Source: Octopus bimaculoides
Taxonomy: Eukaryota
Length of the DNA stretch: 37,621 nucleotides
Assembly (NCBI RefSeq): GCF_001194135.2
Contig: NC_068986.1
Location: 18,344,546 to 18,382,166 of the forward strand
Reading direction: 5' to 3'
Both the position numbers and the translations under genes were made by a program. How positions within the stretch are numbered: the first letter of the stretch is position 1; each line of letters opens with the position of its first letter. Below are positions 10,701 to 23,302 of the stretch, piece after piece. The notes under the pieces are model-generated. The model did not search any database and had not been told where the DNA came from. It saw only the letters and a list, made by a program, of their open reading frames with translations.

Positions 10701-12310
10701 TAACATATGCAATATAATAATCCTAAAATTATAGCCAGAAGTCAACCCTATGGCATAAGATTAATTATGCATTTTTGAAAAAAAAAATCACAAACAACTT
10801 GAGCGCGATAGAGTTTGCAGAGAACCTGTGGAATACAAAATATTTTATACGTCTATAACAAAATGTGTTACGTCCAGGCAGAGACGACTGAGTTGAATTT
10901 ACTTTGCAGAGTGGAAGTGTAAGTACATATTGACAGCTAGAAGAAACAATATGAACTTATTTGTCTGAATCTAATTTATTGTTTTTTCGAATTACAGACT
11001 GTGTACGACTTCTTAAGATTGACTTCTGATAATTGGTGTAATGACTGCGAAATCTTATGTGAAAATTTCTTTAACGAACGAATCTTTTTATCGTATTCAT
11101 TTCCACTGCAATTTATGAGAAATATAATCGTGTAAGCTACAATCCTCAGGTGATCTTATTATTTCTGATAATTAAGTGACTGAATCATTTCAGATATTAA
11201 TTATTAGTTATTTTCATAATTAGCAATACTTAATAATTAATGATATCAATGATATTAAGTATAATATTAATGTTTATTCATATTAATGTTCATAATATTA
11301 ATAATGACATAAATAATTAATAACAATAATAACAACGGTACTAATGATAATGTGAGTATGTCTAAGTTTCATATTATTAGTAATTATTATTAACAATGTC
11401 AGTAATTATTACCCTTATTTTCACTAATACTCTCTCGAGTTAAAGGAGATGGATCAGTGGTTCAGTCATTTAGGGGCCAGGTAAAAGATCACTGCAGTAG
11501 TTATTGCAACCACAAAGTTTGTTCAAGCCCTACCAAAGTTAATCCTGCCTTCGTAGCTTTTATTATCTCTAAAGTAAAATACCATCATTCATTGATATCG
11601 ATTTAATTAGCTACAAACTTGACCGGCGTGACTAATGTTTGAACACCACACACACTATTTCTTAGTATTTTTTAACTACTTCCGTACCTGTAGGTTCGAC
11701 TAGCTTATGTCTCTAAAATATATTTTTCGCAATCCCCTCTTTCTTGCCCTCCCTCTCCTCCTTTCGAACTCCACCACATCCCCATTTCTCTCATTCACTT
11801 CTATCCATCTCAAATCTTTTCTCCTAATCCATTAGCCTCCATGGTCCTTTTCTTAGGACCAGAAGGATAATCCATCATATTTTTGCAACACCTATATTTT
11901 TCTGAGATATCTTTAGTTAGTCATCAAGATTGGAGTGTCTTTCAAATAGTGTAATATATTTTTTATTATATATTTAGTATCACGGAAAGTTGTATAAAAA
12001 AGTTTTTTGGTAAAAAATCAAATTAAAACAATTGGGCACTAATGGGTTAAACATATTTCTTTTAGCCTCGTTCAATGAACATCTCTGATCAGTTGTAGAG
12101 AAATTCAATTTAAAATAATTCTTATCCTATCCAAATTGATATCCCCTTCCATCCAAGAGAACACTAAACGACGGAATGTTTTCAAGACGACATAGTACAT
12201 GGGATAAGTGAGAATTAGTTGGGCGACGAGATGAAAGAATGATCCAGTTCTTGATGAGAGCATACTGAAAACATGATGATGATATTAATAATTATTATTA
12301 ACAATATTTA

Positions 12311-12503
12311 GGGCGGCGAGCTGGCAGAACATTTAGTACGATAATGCTTAGTGGTATTTCACTACATTCTGACCTAGGTAGATTTTGCCTTTCATCCTTT
12401 GTGGGTCGATAAATTAAGTACCAGTTTCGTAGTAGGGTCTTCCTCTCTACTGGCCCTTCCTCCCCCAAATTTCAAGCCTTGCGCCTATAGTAGAAAGGAT
12501 TAT
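12311..12503 (+). mobile_element. SINE family B
   Basis: GGCGGCGAGCTGGCAGAAC head, TTTGCCTTTCATCCTTTGTGGGTCGATAAATTAAGTACCAG domain and AGTAGAAAGGATTATTA tail, with internal deletions. Confidence 0.85.
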
Positions 12504-12561
12504 TAACCATATTAGCAATTATTTTTATTAATATTTTGACCATGTTAACGGCGTCCAGAAC

Positions 12562-12623
<62 letters not shown>

Positions 12624-12663
12624 ATCCCTCTCTCTCTCTCTCTCTCTCTNNNNNNNNNNNNNN

Positions 12664-12707
<44 letters not shown>

Positions 12708-13358
12708 TCCTCAGAAACCACTCATCAACAGCTAATTTGAATATAGAGCGGCGGGAGCAAGGACTGCGTGGGGAGGAAATTAATAGAGTATACATTTGCC
12801 TCATGAACATACACACTGTTATGAAGATCGATTTCCTCTTTTTCACAAGTGTACGTTTCTTCGCTAGCACTATGGGAATATTCCTCAATTCAACAATCCA
12901 TTTTCAAAGAAAAAAATATAAAAAACAGAAATTAGTTACTAACTGCAATACAATAGAATAATTACGCACTACAATGTATCATGCACCGTATACAATATTA
13001 TGTAAGAATCAGAAATCAAGTCCAAAATTAAATAAAACTTCAAACTACGAAAACATTTCTATAACTTAATGCGGCGAAATTATTATGTATGATTACGAAT
13101 GCTTGAAAATATTCCTGATGATTTTTTGAATATTGAAATCTTCAGAAATTGTTATGGATTCTAATGTAGCAAACAGATTAATACGTCGATGCTACATAAT
13201 CCCATATAATAAAAGAGTCCAAAAGTTTGTTAAATGAACTGAATGACAACTAGGAGTGTAATAGATGTATTATAAATTATAACATGCCGATATTCTTATT
13301 AATTCTGCTATAATAAAATGTTATATGATATATATTTGCGTGTGTATGTGTTTACGTG

Positions 13359-13396
<38 letters not shown>

Positions 13397-14181
13397 NNNN
13401 NNNNNNNNNNNNNNNNNNNNNNNNNNNNNNNNNNNNNNNNNNNNNNNNNNNNNNNNNNNNNNNNNNNNNNNNNNNNNNNNNNNNNNNNNNNNNNNNNNNN
13501 NNNNNNNNNNNNNNNNNNNNNNNNNNNNNNNNNNNNNNNNNNNNNNNNNNNNNNNNNNNNNNNNNNNNNNNNNNNNNNNNNNNNNNNNNNNNNNNNNNNN
13601 NNNNNNNNNNNNNNNNNNNNNNNNNNNNNNNNNNNNNNNNNNNNNNNNNNNNNNNNNNNNNNNNNNNNNNTATATATATATATATATATATATATTACTT
13701 AATGTACACAGTATATATTTATGAGATAATAATACGTTGGAGATGTTATCTAGACTGGTTTTAATAACATGTGTAGTTTCTGGAAGCAATCTTTGTGCTC
13801 TAAGCACATGACCTATGCAAGTTAAAAATCAGGTGATTCGAACAAAAAGACCACGGGTAAAAACCAGAGGAAGGTCGATGAAAAAAGTGGAAGGGTGAAA
13901 GAAACGGGGGTAAAAAAGCTAAAATGTAGAATTAGACTTATGTCCCTTTTCACTGTAAAACCATATGTACTTTGGAAGAGAATAAACAGAATAGGTTTAA
14001 ATTCTGCTCGGGCCCAGTAGATTGCTTGGATATACCAGGCGTGTTATTAAACCTGCCTTGAAAACATCTGCAACGTATGAAATAATGTGTAGTCGATTAC
14101 TATACACTGTGTATGTTAAACAATATTTATCTCACATACGATGGAGTAATCTTGAGATTACCTTCACAGAAACGTAAAGCG

Positions 14182-14418
14182 AAGGCGCAAAGCTGGCAGA
14201 AACGTCAGCGCGCAGCGCGAAGTGCTTAGTGGTATTTCGTCTGCCGTTACGTTCTGAGTTCAAATTTCGCAGAGGTCAACTTTGGCTTACATCCTTTCGG
14301 AGTTGATTAAATAAGTAGCAGGTACGCACTGGGGTCGATATAATCGACTTAATCCGTTTGACTGTCCTCGTTTGTCCCCTCTGTGTGTAGCCCCCTGTGG
14401 GCAGTAAAGAAATAAGGA
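14182..14418 (+). mobile_element. SINE family B, full length
   Basis: AGCTGGCAGAAACG head, GAGTTCAAATTTC B-box, central domain, GTCCCCTCTGTG...GGGCAGTAAAGAAATAAG tail. Confidence 0.9.
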
Positions 14419-15814
14419 AATTAAAGTGAAAATATGTATACACACACGCACACACACACACACACAAACGCACACACACCCACACACACATACAGACTGA
14501 CGGACAGACAGACTGACAACCATTCTCCAACGTTACGTATAGAGTAACATGCTGTATATATTAATTCTACTAGAGCAGACGTGCCTCCTACGTATCCCAC
14601 CTTATCGAAATGTACTTTGTTCGACCTACTAATTTCTGCCGAGCTTTTCCCGATATAAACTAGAGGATTTAATGTGTTTCTGCGCTTGATAATGTTTTTT
14701 TCCTTGTTTCCTAGGTCTGTGTTCTGTTAGTAATTGTCTCCTTCACATACACACCTTTTCTTTGAATAGTCCAGCCCATAGCCACTGATCCGTGATGCTG
14801 ATGCTGTCAGATTAATTTATTAGCGATATCATACATAGGCAAAAACATGTGTATGCATATTTAAGAATTTATATTTACAGTACATTTGTAGAAGTGACAG
14901 CTATGACACGAAGATCTACTGTACAGGCGCCTGCAGCAAAGTTCCTTTTGTTTTATGTTATCGCAATTCATCACTAATTCCTTTGTATGAATGTTTTCTT
15001 GATCAAGACATATTAAAAGTTTTCACGAAAATTAACAACGACGTCAATCTACTGGCAAATTATCAGTACAATATATTTCAAACAATGCCGTCAAACTTAC
15101 AGTAAAAACACAGTTCAGTTTCATTTATTCCTGTATCAAATGATGATTTTCATGGCTTCAATGCCTTGTGAACAGATGTCTACTCCTTTCGCACCATTCA
15201 TCGAGGGATCAACAATAACAAGTGAGGAAAATGTGACACTAACATCTGAGCCATTTGCAAAATACATCGATCTCAATAACTTTTCAAATACATTGATTTC
15301 AATAGTCATTGTTAAAATGTGAATCCGCAAAATATATAAAAGCAAAATCAAGTTTAAAGGTAAATAATCGCCACGTAGAATCGAATACTTCACAATACTT
15401 TTCTCGATGTACATAGTATGTCCTCTCTTTGTTTACGGCAAGGTACAAATATTTACGTCTGAAGGGTTATTTCACCCGGCTTTTTTACTACTGCTATTCT
15501 CCTGCATTCGTCTTTTCCCATAGAGATATCGTCTATGGCCTTCTTATTATTGATTCCTAGACGATTGAGGACATGGCTGACTACCACAGAATTTCAGATC
15601 AAAACGCTTTCCAGCGAACTGTACTCGGCAATGAATTTTATTCAATTCTTTGATGATGTAGCCTATTCAACGCCTTCAGAAACACACTTGAACACACCCA
15701 CACGTATGTATTTTATGTGTATCCTACATACAACCTTCCCGCCTTATATACATACGGAGCATGGAAGACCGCTGAAATCTACAAGCTTTTTTCATTCGCA
15801 CGTTGTTTATTTTC

Positions 15815-15935
15815 TCTTATCCATTTCTGTTGAAGAGCGTAGGCTCGAAATGTAAAATACTTTTTCATTTTCCCGAGCATCAAACTAATACAATTACTTG
15901 TTGTTCATGCACCCGTCTTCGTCTTTTATTTTTCT
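15815..15935 (+). mobile_element. Dispersed PLE-like terminal repeat carrying a minimal hammerhead-like motif
   Basis: TTCTGTTGAAGAGCGTAGGCTCGAAATGTAAAA...CCCGAGCATCAAACTAATACA...GTCTTCGTCTTTT, homologous to 29875-29990 (-) and 37552-37605 (+). The PLE assignment is inferred from the GAAACGT-type motif. Confidence 0.65.
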
Positions 15936-15966
15936 ATAAACTTCAACTTCATATGTGTGTGTGGTC

Positions 15967-16000
<34 letters not shown>

Positions 16001-16744
16001 TGTGTGTGTGTGTGTACATGTGTGTGTGTATACATGTGTGTGTGTATACATATGCTTATAAACAGAGGGAGACATATATATGTGAATACTATTGGTAATG
16101 AAGTACTTGCGTGTGTGTGAATTCATCTGTTTGTCTGAATCTAAGCCTTTTCCCGATTTCATTTCTTTTACAGTATGTGAAATGCTTTCATGTATATATG
16201 TAGATTAATGGCTGTAATTGTGTGCTTGTGCATGCGTATGAGATTGTGTATACGTCTGTACATATCTGTATGCGTTCGCTTGTTCTTTCACTGGATTTTA
16301 TGATTTTGAAAAACATCAAATAATGTTTTTTAAGTGCGGCGTTAGTAGTGATGATGAAGGAGATGCGGCGCAATAACAACAAAGACTTAATATAAATTAA
16401 TTGCCTGAGGGTTTTTCTAATGCCCGAAGACATCTGCAATAGATTTAATCTCAGAATTCTAATGAAAAGCGAGAATCGAAAGAAAGCTCTCTAGAAGGAG
16501 AGGAAAATAGAAATGGAAAAATTGAAATATGAAAATAACTAACAGAACAAAAAATAAAATTTCGCAAAACAACAAAATGGATGCATTGTTAAATGTTTAG
16601 TATTGGCGATTTTAAGTAATGTTAATACAGAAAGGAGATTAGTGCTAGTAATACCCATTGTTGTAATGTCGTGGCAATTATTCTAAAATATTATTATTGT
16701 TCTTGTTTATATTATTATCCTCGCTATTATTATTATTATGAAAA

Positions 16745-16767
16745 ATAACAATGATGACTATGACGAC

Positions 16768-16803
<36 letters not shown>

Positions 16804-17090
16804 AATAATAATGATAATACTATTAATAATGATAATTATGATTATAGTAATAGAAGTAGCATAGTGTTATTGTTGATATAACAATCACATTCATTATAAC
16901 AATGACCAAAAAGAAAAGGAAATAGAATAATAAATTAAAATTGATGATGCAGTGTTAATGATGATGATGATGATGAGGAGGAGGAGGAGGAGGAGGAGGA
17001 TAATGGTAATAATAATATTATTATTAATAATAATACTAATAATAACAACAACAATAATGATAATGATAAGAATAATAATGATATTAATTA
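16745..17090. repeat. Compound trinucleotide microsatellite (GAT/GAG/AAT)
   Basis: Direct inspection. Confidence 0.9.
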
Positions 17091-17489
17091 CAGTGTTAAA
17101 AACAACTTCTTAGTACGGTGGTGAAATATTATAATAATTTCTACCTTGGCAAAATTATGGAAAAATATAATATTCATGAAAAAACATTCATAATTTCCAC
17201 ATAATAAAAATATTCATGATTACAACAACGATTGACCATAAATAAACAACACTTCTCTACAAAGGACCAGTTTCACAGATTCGAAAAAAAAGCACAATTC
17301 GAGGTTATTGACGAACATGTCAACCTATCAAATTACACACAATATGAAATTAGAGAATCTGACTCCACTATAAAGTACCACAATATCTAGTTGGATATTG
17401 AGAATTAACGTTAATATCAAACAATTATCAAGTTAAACAGAATTTACCCGAAAGACCTTAGAATTGCATGAGTTTCGTTATTCATTACC

Positions 17490-17665
17490 TTTTCTGCTAT
17501 GATTCGTTCATTCGTTGACTACGATCTTGCTGGTGCATCACCTTGATGGCTTAAGTCAAAGAAATTAACACCAACATTTTCAAGTTAGTATTTTATTCTT
17601 TCAGCTTCTTTTCGTCGGAATTTGATAATACAGGTGTGTGGGACGCACACTAACAGCAACTTTTG
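17490..17665 (-). mobile_element. SINE family A 3' part, decayed
   Basis: GACTACGATCTTGCTGGTGCATCACCTTG, AGTATTTTATTCTTTCAGCTTCTTTTCG and GGGACGCACAC follow the family A tail order. Confidence 0.5.
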
Positions 17666-19914
17666 CCGAGCCACATGAACAGAAAATACATGCATACCTA
17701 TGTACACATTTATGTACATGTTTGTGCTCCTATGTGTGTGCTTGTGTGTGTGATTTTATCTGATGGGATTTAAGACAATTTGCAGTTACCAATTATATCT
17801 TTGTAAGCAATGGTCATGTCCGAGTTATAATAAAAGACAATAGCTATACAGTAGACTAAGGCTGAAATACGTCTTTATGAGGTGGCCTTCTTAAATACAC
17901 GTCCATCTACCCGCACCTTGCTTTCGCCATGTCTGTATAGAACTTGACCCTGTCTCATATAGTTCGGCTTAAATTGTCACAATATAAAGTCAATTTGCTG
18001 CCGGATCCTGAACACCGAATATATGTATATGGGAACACATCTGACATGAGATCCAGTGAGAGCAACAAAGGACTCATATAGAAAATCATAATCCAGTAGA
18101 TTGAGGTATTTCATCACTGAGCAGTATATTGCAGGTTAAACCACATAAAAGATTATTGGGTTACCGTCGGTTTCATGCCGGATATTACACTAGTAACAAT
18201 TGATGAGTTTTCAGACGTGACAGTCGGAAGCAGATAGCCTTTTTGGTACTAAATGTATTTATAACCTCTGTTGGAATATATGCTGGCAAAAAAAGAAAAA
18301 AAAACGAACAAATCATAGTGAAAATGCGTAGTATTTTCCTACAGGAAGGAAATATTTACTTGCCATAGATTAATGGTAGCCATGTTTGAATCATGTCAGT
18401 CGTATATATCTACACCTATGTCATTCCCTAATGCAAATATTGGCACGGACACGTTATGGAATCGAATTTCTGCTCATGCAAACACCTTCTAATATTTCCT
18501 TGTTTAAGTTATGTATGTTTCCTAAGATCGTCAATCGTAGATGTTTCTAAGATTGAGTCATTTGTATTAATGCTAAAGGGTGGATATAAGATTACATAAG
18601 CACAATAGTTTTCCGATAACTATTAAATGTGTAGTTCTATTCTCTATTCTAATCATTCAAATTGTACAGCTTTTAGTATACCAACCTTTCTGTGGAAATC
18701 TCAAAGTAGCGCTGTTTTTGCTTACGAAGCAGGCAGCATATATAATAGGTATGTATCTTTCATTATTGCGCTGATTCTGTAGTGAACAAATTTGAGAATT
18801 CACGCTTGCTGATGTTATATGGGGAGCGTCATGTTAACTATAATGTTACGGATTTACAATTAAACGTATTATTTTTGATGTACAAGGAACACAGTTTATC
18901 CAACGTGATGCGATCTACGTTTATTAGGTGAGGTTTCAAAGATATTTTACTAATCTATCAGGAATATCAGCCAAATCTCATCAGCGACACTTTGTTTTTG
19001 TGTGCTCCTGCTCCGTTTATTTCATTCAGCTCTTCTATGATGTGTATCCTTATGCGTGCATTAGTTTGCGACCGAGTTTGTGTGTGTGTTTGTGCATGTA
19101 TGTGTCTATATGTGTTTATGCTTGTATGTATGTCATTGTTCTTAATAACAGTATGACCTTCCTCTCAGCCCCATCCTTGAACCCCGCTGTCACTGCGGCT
19201 GTCCTAGGACCTGAAAATTTATTATGATTCCTGAATCACTTTGTTTTTGTGTATTTTCCCACGGTGCCGCCATTGTGGTAATTGTTGTAGTTGTTGTTTT
19301 TGAAATCTCAACTTTGCTGTTTTAGAAAACGATGTGTAAGATAAAATGTAATCGAAGTTTTTGTACTAAGCAAATACTAATTACTAAATTGAATTACTAA
19401 AGAATCAATACTGCTTTCGTGTTACTCTAGTTTGCCTCTAGTAAGCATTACTAGTCGTAATAAGGATAGTTTCACAAGTGCACGTGTTTTGAGACCTGCG
19501 TTTCTTATTTGAATCGCTAAGCTCTAATAGGGATATATTTATTAGTAGAACAGTATATATCCGATTAGATCGACACAGATATTTATCAACGTCGGTATCA
19601 TTTCATCTCAAAGAGGAAGCCAAGTAACAAAATCCTTCACGTTTTTATGCAGTATTTATTCCGATATTCTGTTTTTCTACGAAATGTTTCAGCGAAATAT
19701 TGACAAAACTGATCTATTTCAACAATCTGTATGTTTACATCACTTTCCTTAACACACAAACATTAGAGTATGATGTTAAGTGGATTTGATTCCATATTTC
19801 TTAAAACTCATTTTATACAATATTTTTCTTTCTTTTATTTATGAACAGAAACAGGATATGTGATGGAAATTCATATTATACAAATGAATTACAAATATAG
19901 CGCTTTCAAATTTT

Positions 19915-20230
19915 GAAACAAGACCAACAGTTTTAGGGGAGAGGGTAAGTCTATTACATCGATCTCAATACTTTACAGGTTCTCCATTTTATTGAGCTTC
20001 TAAGAATGAAAGCCTAAGTTGACAGAAGCGCTAACAATTCTGCCAGCTCACCGTACTTGATTAGGGCAATGATATTGGTTTCAAATGTTGGTACAAGGCC
20101 AGCAATCCCCAGGAGGATGCAAGGTACAGTCAACCTCGGTGCTATTTGAACACAAAGCATAAAGACGGACGAAATGCTTGCTGAGCATTTTTCCCGTCGT
20201 GTTAACGCTTCTGTCAGTTCTATGCCTTAT
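19915..20230 (-). mobile_element. Two internally deleted SINE family B copies
   Basis: 19915-20055 ends in CAATTCTGCCAGCTCACC; 20085-20230 has CAGTCAACCTCGGTGCTATTTGAAC...GAGCATTT...GTTAACGCTTCTG. Confidence 0.7.
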
Positions 20231-21029
20231 TTACAACAATAATATTGACAATATAACAGACACGTGAAAATATATTTGAAATTCAAGAAAATCACTGATC
20301 GTTTATTTCATATAAAATTAAGTGCATATATATACGAAGCTCCGTGCTACAATATTATCTTAGTTTTGAGGATTTCTGTGAGTTTGCGCGACAAGGGCAA
20401 CATAGCAGCCGGGTATCTCACAGCTAATATCCTTAGTCGCCCTGAACTGAAGCTTCGGGTTTGCTGACCGCTCTTTATTTCCTGCAAAGCATTACGCTAT
20501 TTTTCACGTTGTTTGCAAAAACTACATTCTATCAAGCCAAATCATATTTAACTGATGGTAAGACTATGAAGAGAGACCTCAGCAATGTACATTATTGACA
20601 TTCATTAGGTTTTTTTTTTCTTTCAGCAAGATGAAGACTCAAACACGTCATGCAGTAGGGAAATAGAAGGCGACAAAACAACCAAAATCAATGAAGAATA
20701 AGATTGAATGGAATTAATGTAGGTACATTTATCTGTATAACCTGCTTTAAGTAAGGCAGAGTTATAAAATTCGGTCTTATCATTGCAAATGTCAATATTA
20801 GCAGATACCTAGACAATGTAAATGAAATATCCTTAACTAAGTTCCTAGTAATTGCCCTAGAATGATTACGGAATTTGTTAATAAACGTATGGGAAGTACG
20901 ATTTATTGTTTTTTTTCCTTTACCCCTCCTCTCGCACGTTCCGAGTCCTCGGAAAGTTTTGATTAGAATTCATAAGCAAATTCTCTTTGAATACTTTAAT
21001 ATTTTCTAATATGCTTAACTGAAGATTAA

Positions 21030-21150
21030 GGCTGCGTTCTTCCGGAATAGCTAGAACGACGGAGAGAATGCGTATCAGCTTTTGATCTATATTTTCTGAG
21101 ATCAAATTCCACAGAGGTTGACTTTGATTTTCGTCTTTTCGGTATCGTTA
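21030..21150 (+). mobile_element. SINE family B head, decayed
   Basis: CTGAGATCAAATTCCACAGAGGTTGACTTTG matches the B-box region; upstream bases align loosely to the head. Confidence 0.55.
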
Positions 21151-21345
21151 AAATCAGTAGCAATTGACCAGCTGGGGGCATTCAATCCATCTGTGGACCT
21201 GGTGGCAAAGATTGAAAGCAATATTGAACAGAACATTACGCAAAATATTTTGTAGATTACATGGTTACTAATGTCTTCAAGGCGAATTCGAAAGAAGCAA
21301 TTGAAGATGCCATGCATATGAAGGAAACCTTACCAGAACACTTTA

Positions 21346-21432
21346 AGCTGGAGATAGTAACATCCATTTTTAAAATATTCACTACGTCAACTGGTGTGAA
21401 TATTTTACAAATGGGTGTTACTATCTCCAACT
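21346..21432 (+). ncRNA. Long hairpin, pre-miRNA-sized (candidate)
   Basis: Arms 21350-21382 and 21396-21428 (33 nt each) pair with one G-U and one mismatch around a 13-nt loop. Structure is seen in sequence; miRNA status is untested. Confidence 0.35.
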
Positions 21433-21786
21433 GATACTTGCAAAGCATGTTTGCTCATGCATAGCATGAAATCAATTAATATTGGGGTATGTAAACTATC
21501 TTCAACTTCGATCCTGTTCGTAGGCCTACATTTTGAAGTGGTCATTGCATTGCTCCCGTGTGTATCTATCGTAGGATTGGTGGTTTTGAAGCTTTCGCTT
21601 CCATCTTTGGCAATCGGTATTTTTACCCTTCTTTTATTCAAGTATTTCATATTATATCTATTAAGGTAGTAGTCTTGAAAACCACCTCCTTAATAGTGTT
21701 TGTAACAGTAATGATGCTTTCATATAGTTGCTTTTTATATGCATACATACATACGTACATACATGCATACATATATATATGTGTGT

Positions 21787-21824
<38 letters not shown>

Positions 21825-21855
21825 CTATAGAGATAGATAGAAATATATTCATTTA

Positions 21856-22010
21856 TTCTTTTATTAGTTTCAGTCATTTAAATGCGGCCATGCTGGAGGA
21901 CCGTTTTTAGACGAGAAAACAACTTGACCCAGGACTTATTTTCTAAGCCCTTTACTTATTCTGTCAAACTCCTTATCGGTTGTCAAGCGATGTTGGGGTG
22001 ACAAACACAT
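21856..22010 (-). mobile_element. SINE family A 3' part (head probably in the gap)
   Basis: TTCAGTCATTTAAATGCGGCCATGCTGGAG, GACCCAGGACTTATT and ATCGGTTGTCAAGCGATG match the family A tail. Confidence 0.85.
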
Positions 22011-22020
22011 ACATACACAG

Positions 22021-22073
<53 letters not shown>

Positions 22074-22099
22074 TACATACATATATATATATATATATA

Positions 22100-22987
22100 N
22101 NNNNNNNNNNNNNNNNNNNNNNNNNNNNNNNNNNNNNNNNNNNNNNNNNNNNNNNNNNNNNNNNNNNNNNNNNNNNNNNNNNNNNNNNNNNNNNNNNNNN
22201 NNNNNNNNNNNNNNNNNNNNNNNNNNNNNNNNNNNNNNNNNNNNNNNNNNNNNNNNNNNNNNNNNNNNNNNNNNNNNNNNNNNNNNNNNNNNNNNNNNNN
22301 NNNNNNNNNNNNNNNNNNNNNNNNNNNNNNNNNNNNNNNNNNNNNNNNNNNNNNNNNNNNNNNNNNNNNNNNNNNNNNNNNNNNNNNNNNNNNNNNNNNN
22401 NNNNNNNNNNNNNNNNNNNNNNNNNNNNNNNNNNNNNNNNNNNNNNNNNNNNNNNNNNNNNNNNNNNNNNNNNNNNNNNNNNNNNNNNNNNNNNNNNNNN
22501 NNNNNNNNNNNNNNNNNNNNNNNNNNNNNNNNNNNNNNNNNNNNNNNNNNNNNNNNNNNNNNNNNNNNNNNNNNNNNNNNNNNNNNNNNNNNNNNNNNNN
22601 NNNNNNNNNNNNNNNNNNNNNNNNNNNNNNNNNNNNNNNNNNNNNNNNNNNNNNNNNNNNNNNNNNNNNNNNNNNNNNNNNNNNNNNNNNNNNNNNNNNN
22701 NNNNNNNNNNNNNNNNNNNNNNNNNNNNNNNNNNNNNNNNNNNNNNNNNNNNNNNNNNNNNNNNNNNNNNNNNNNNNNNNNNNNNNNNNNNNNNNNNNNN
22801 NNNNNNNNNNNNNNNNNNNNNNNNNNNNNNNNNNNNNNNNNNNNNNNNNNNNNNNNNNNNNNNNNNNNNNNNNNNNNNNNNNNNNNNNNNNNNNNNNNNN
22901 NNNNNNNNNNNNNNNNNNNNNNNNNNNNNNNNNNNNNNNNNNNNNNNNNNNNNNNNNNNNNNNNNNNNNNNNNNNNNNNNNNNNNNN
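22100..22987. other. Assembly gap hiding the 3' part of the Penelope-like element
   Basis: N-run; the PLE reading frame enters it at 22987. Confidence 0.95.
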
Positions 22988-23302
22988 GCCACAATTAGGG
23001 TGTGCATATTTTTTAACTGATGGGGGTGGAAGTGGTGTATGTAGTTTGGAATTGGTTAATAATGTTTTCAAAGATTTGTGTTGCCTTTTGCATTTAAGGA
23101 CTTTGTGTGTATCAATGATATTGTTCATTTTCGGGTCTGTGGTGAGTAAGGGGAGGTTTTGTTTAATTGTGGTGAATGCTTCAATGTTATTGGGGTTATG
23201 GGTGGAGATGTATGGAAGTATTTTGGGGTTGGGTGTGTTATTATGTTGGTTGGTTTTTAGTGTGTTTTTGTCAAGTTCCTTGGCACGTTTTATTCCAAGA
23301 TG
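22988..23302 (-). mobile_element. Penelope-like element ORF fragment (RT thumb/linker to Cys motif before GIY-YIG endonuclease)
   Basis: 105 stop-free codons: HLGIKRAKELDKNTLKTNQHNNTPNPKILPYISTHNPNNIEAFTTIKQNLPLLTTDPKMNNIIDTHKVLKCKRQHKSLKTLLTNSKLHTPLPPPSVKKYAHPNCG. The pattern LPYISTHNPN...KRQ.KSLK.LL...VKK...PNCG is characteristic of the PLE linker. Confidence 0.85.

Noticed and set aside
11660-12050. piggyBac-like end (GCACTAATGGGTTAA near 12049)
   Set aside because: Only one TTAA-CCC-type end is visible; no matching partner or coding remnant.
15136-15414. Overlapping plus (60 aa) and minus (92 aa) ORFs with natural-looking composition
   Set aside because: No recognisable domain, no consistent splice sites, and the strand cannot be decided.
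20920-21105. 61-aa minus ORF ending at a GTAAAG donor-like site
   Set aside because: Its 5' half overlaps a decayed SINE B head, so the open frame is probably incidental.
21405-21669. Paired 81-84 aa ORFs suggesting a receptor tail or hAT fragment
   Set aside because: No catalytic or family motif could be aligned, and both strands are equally open.
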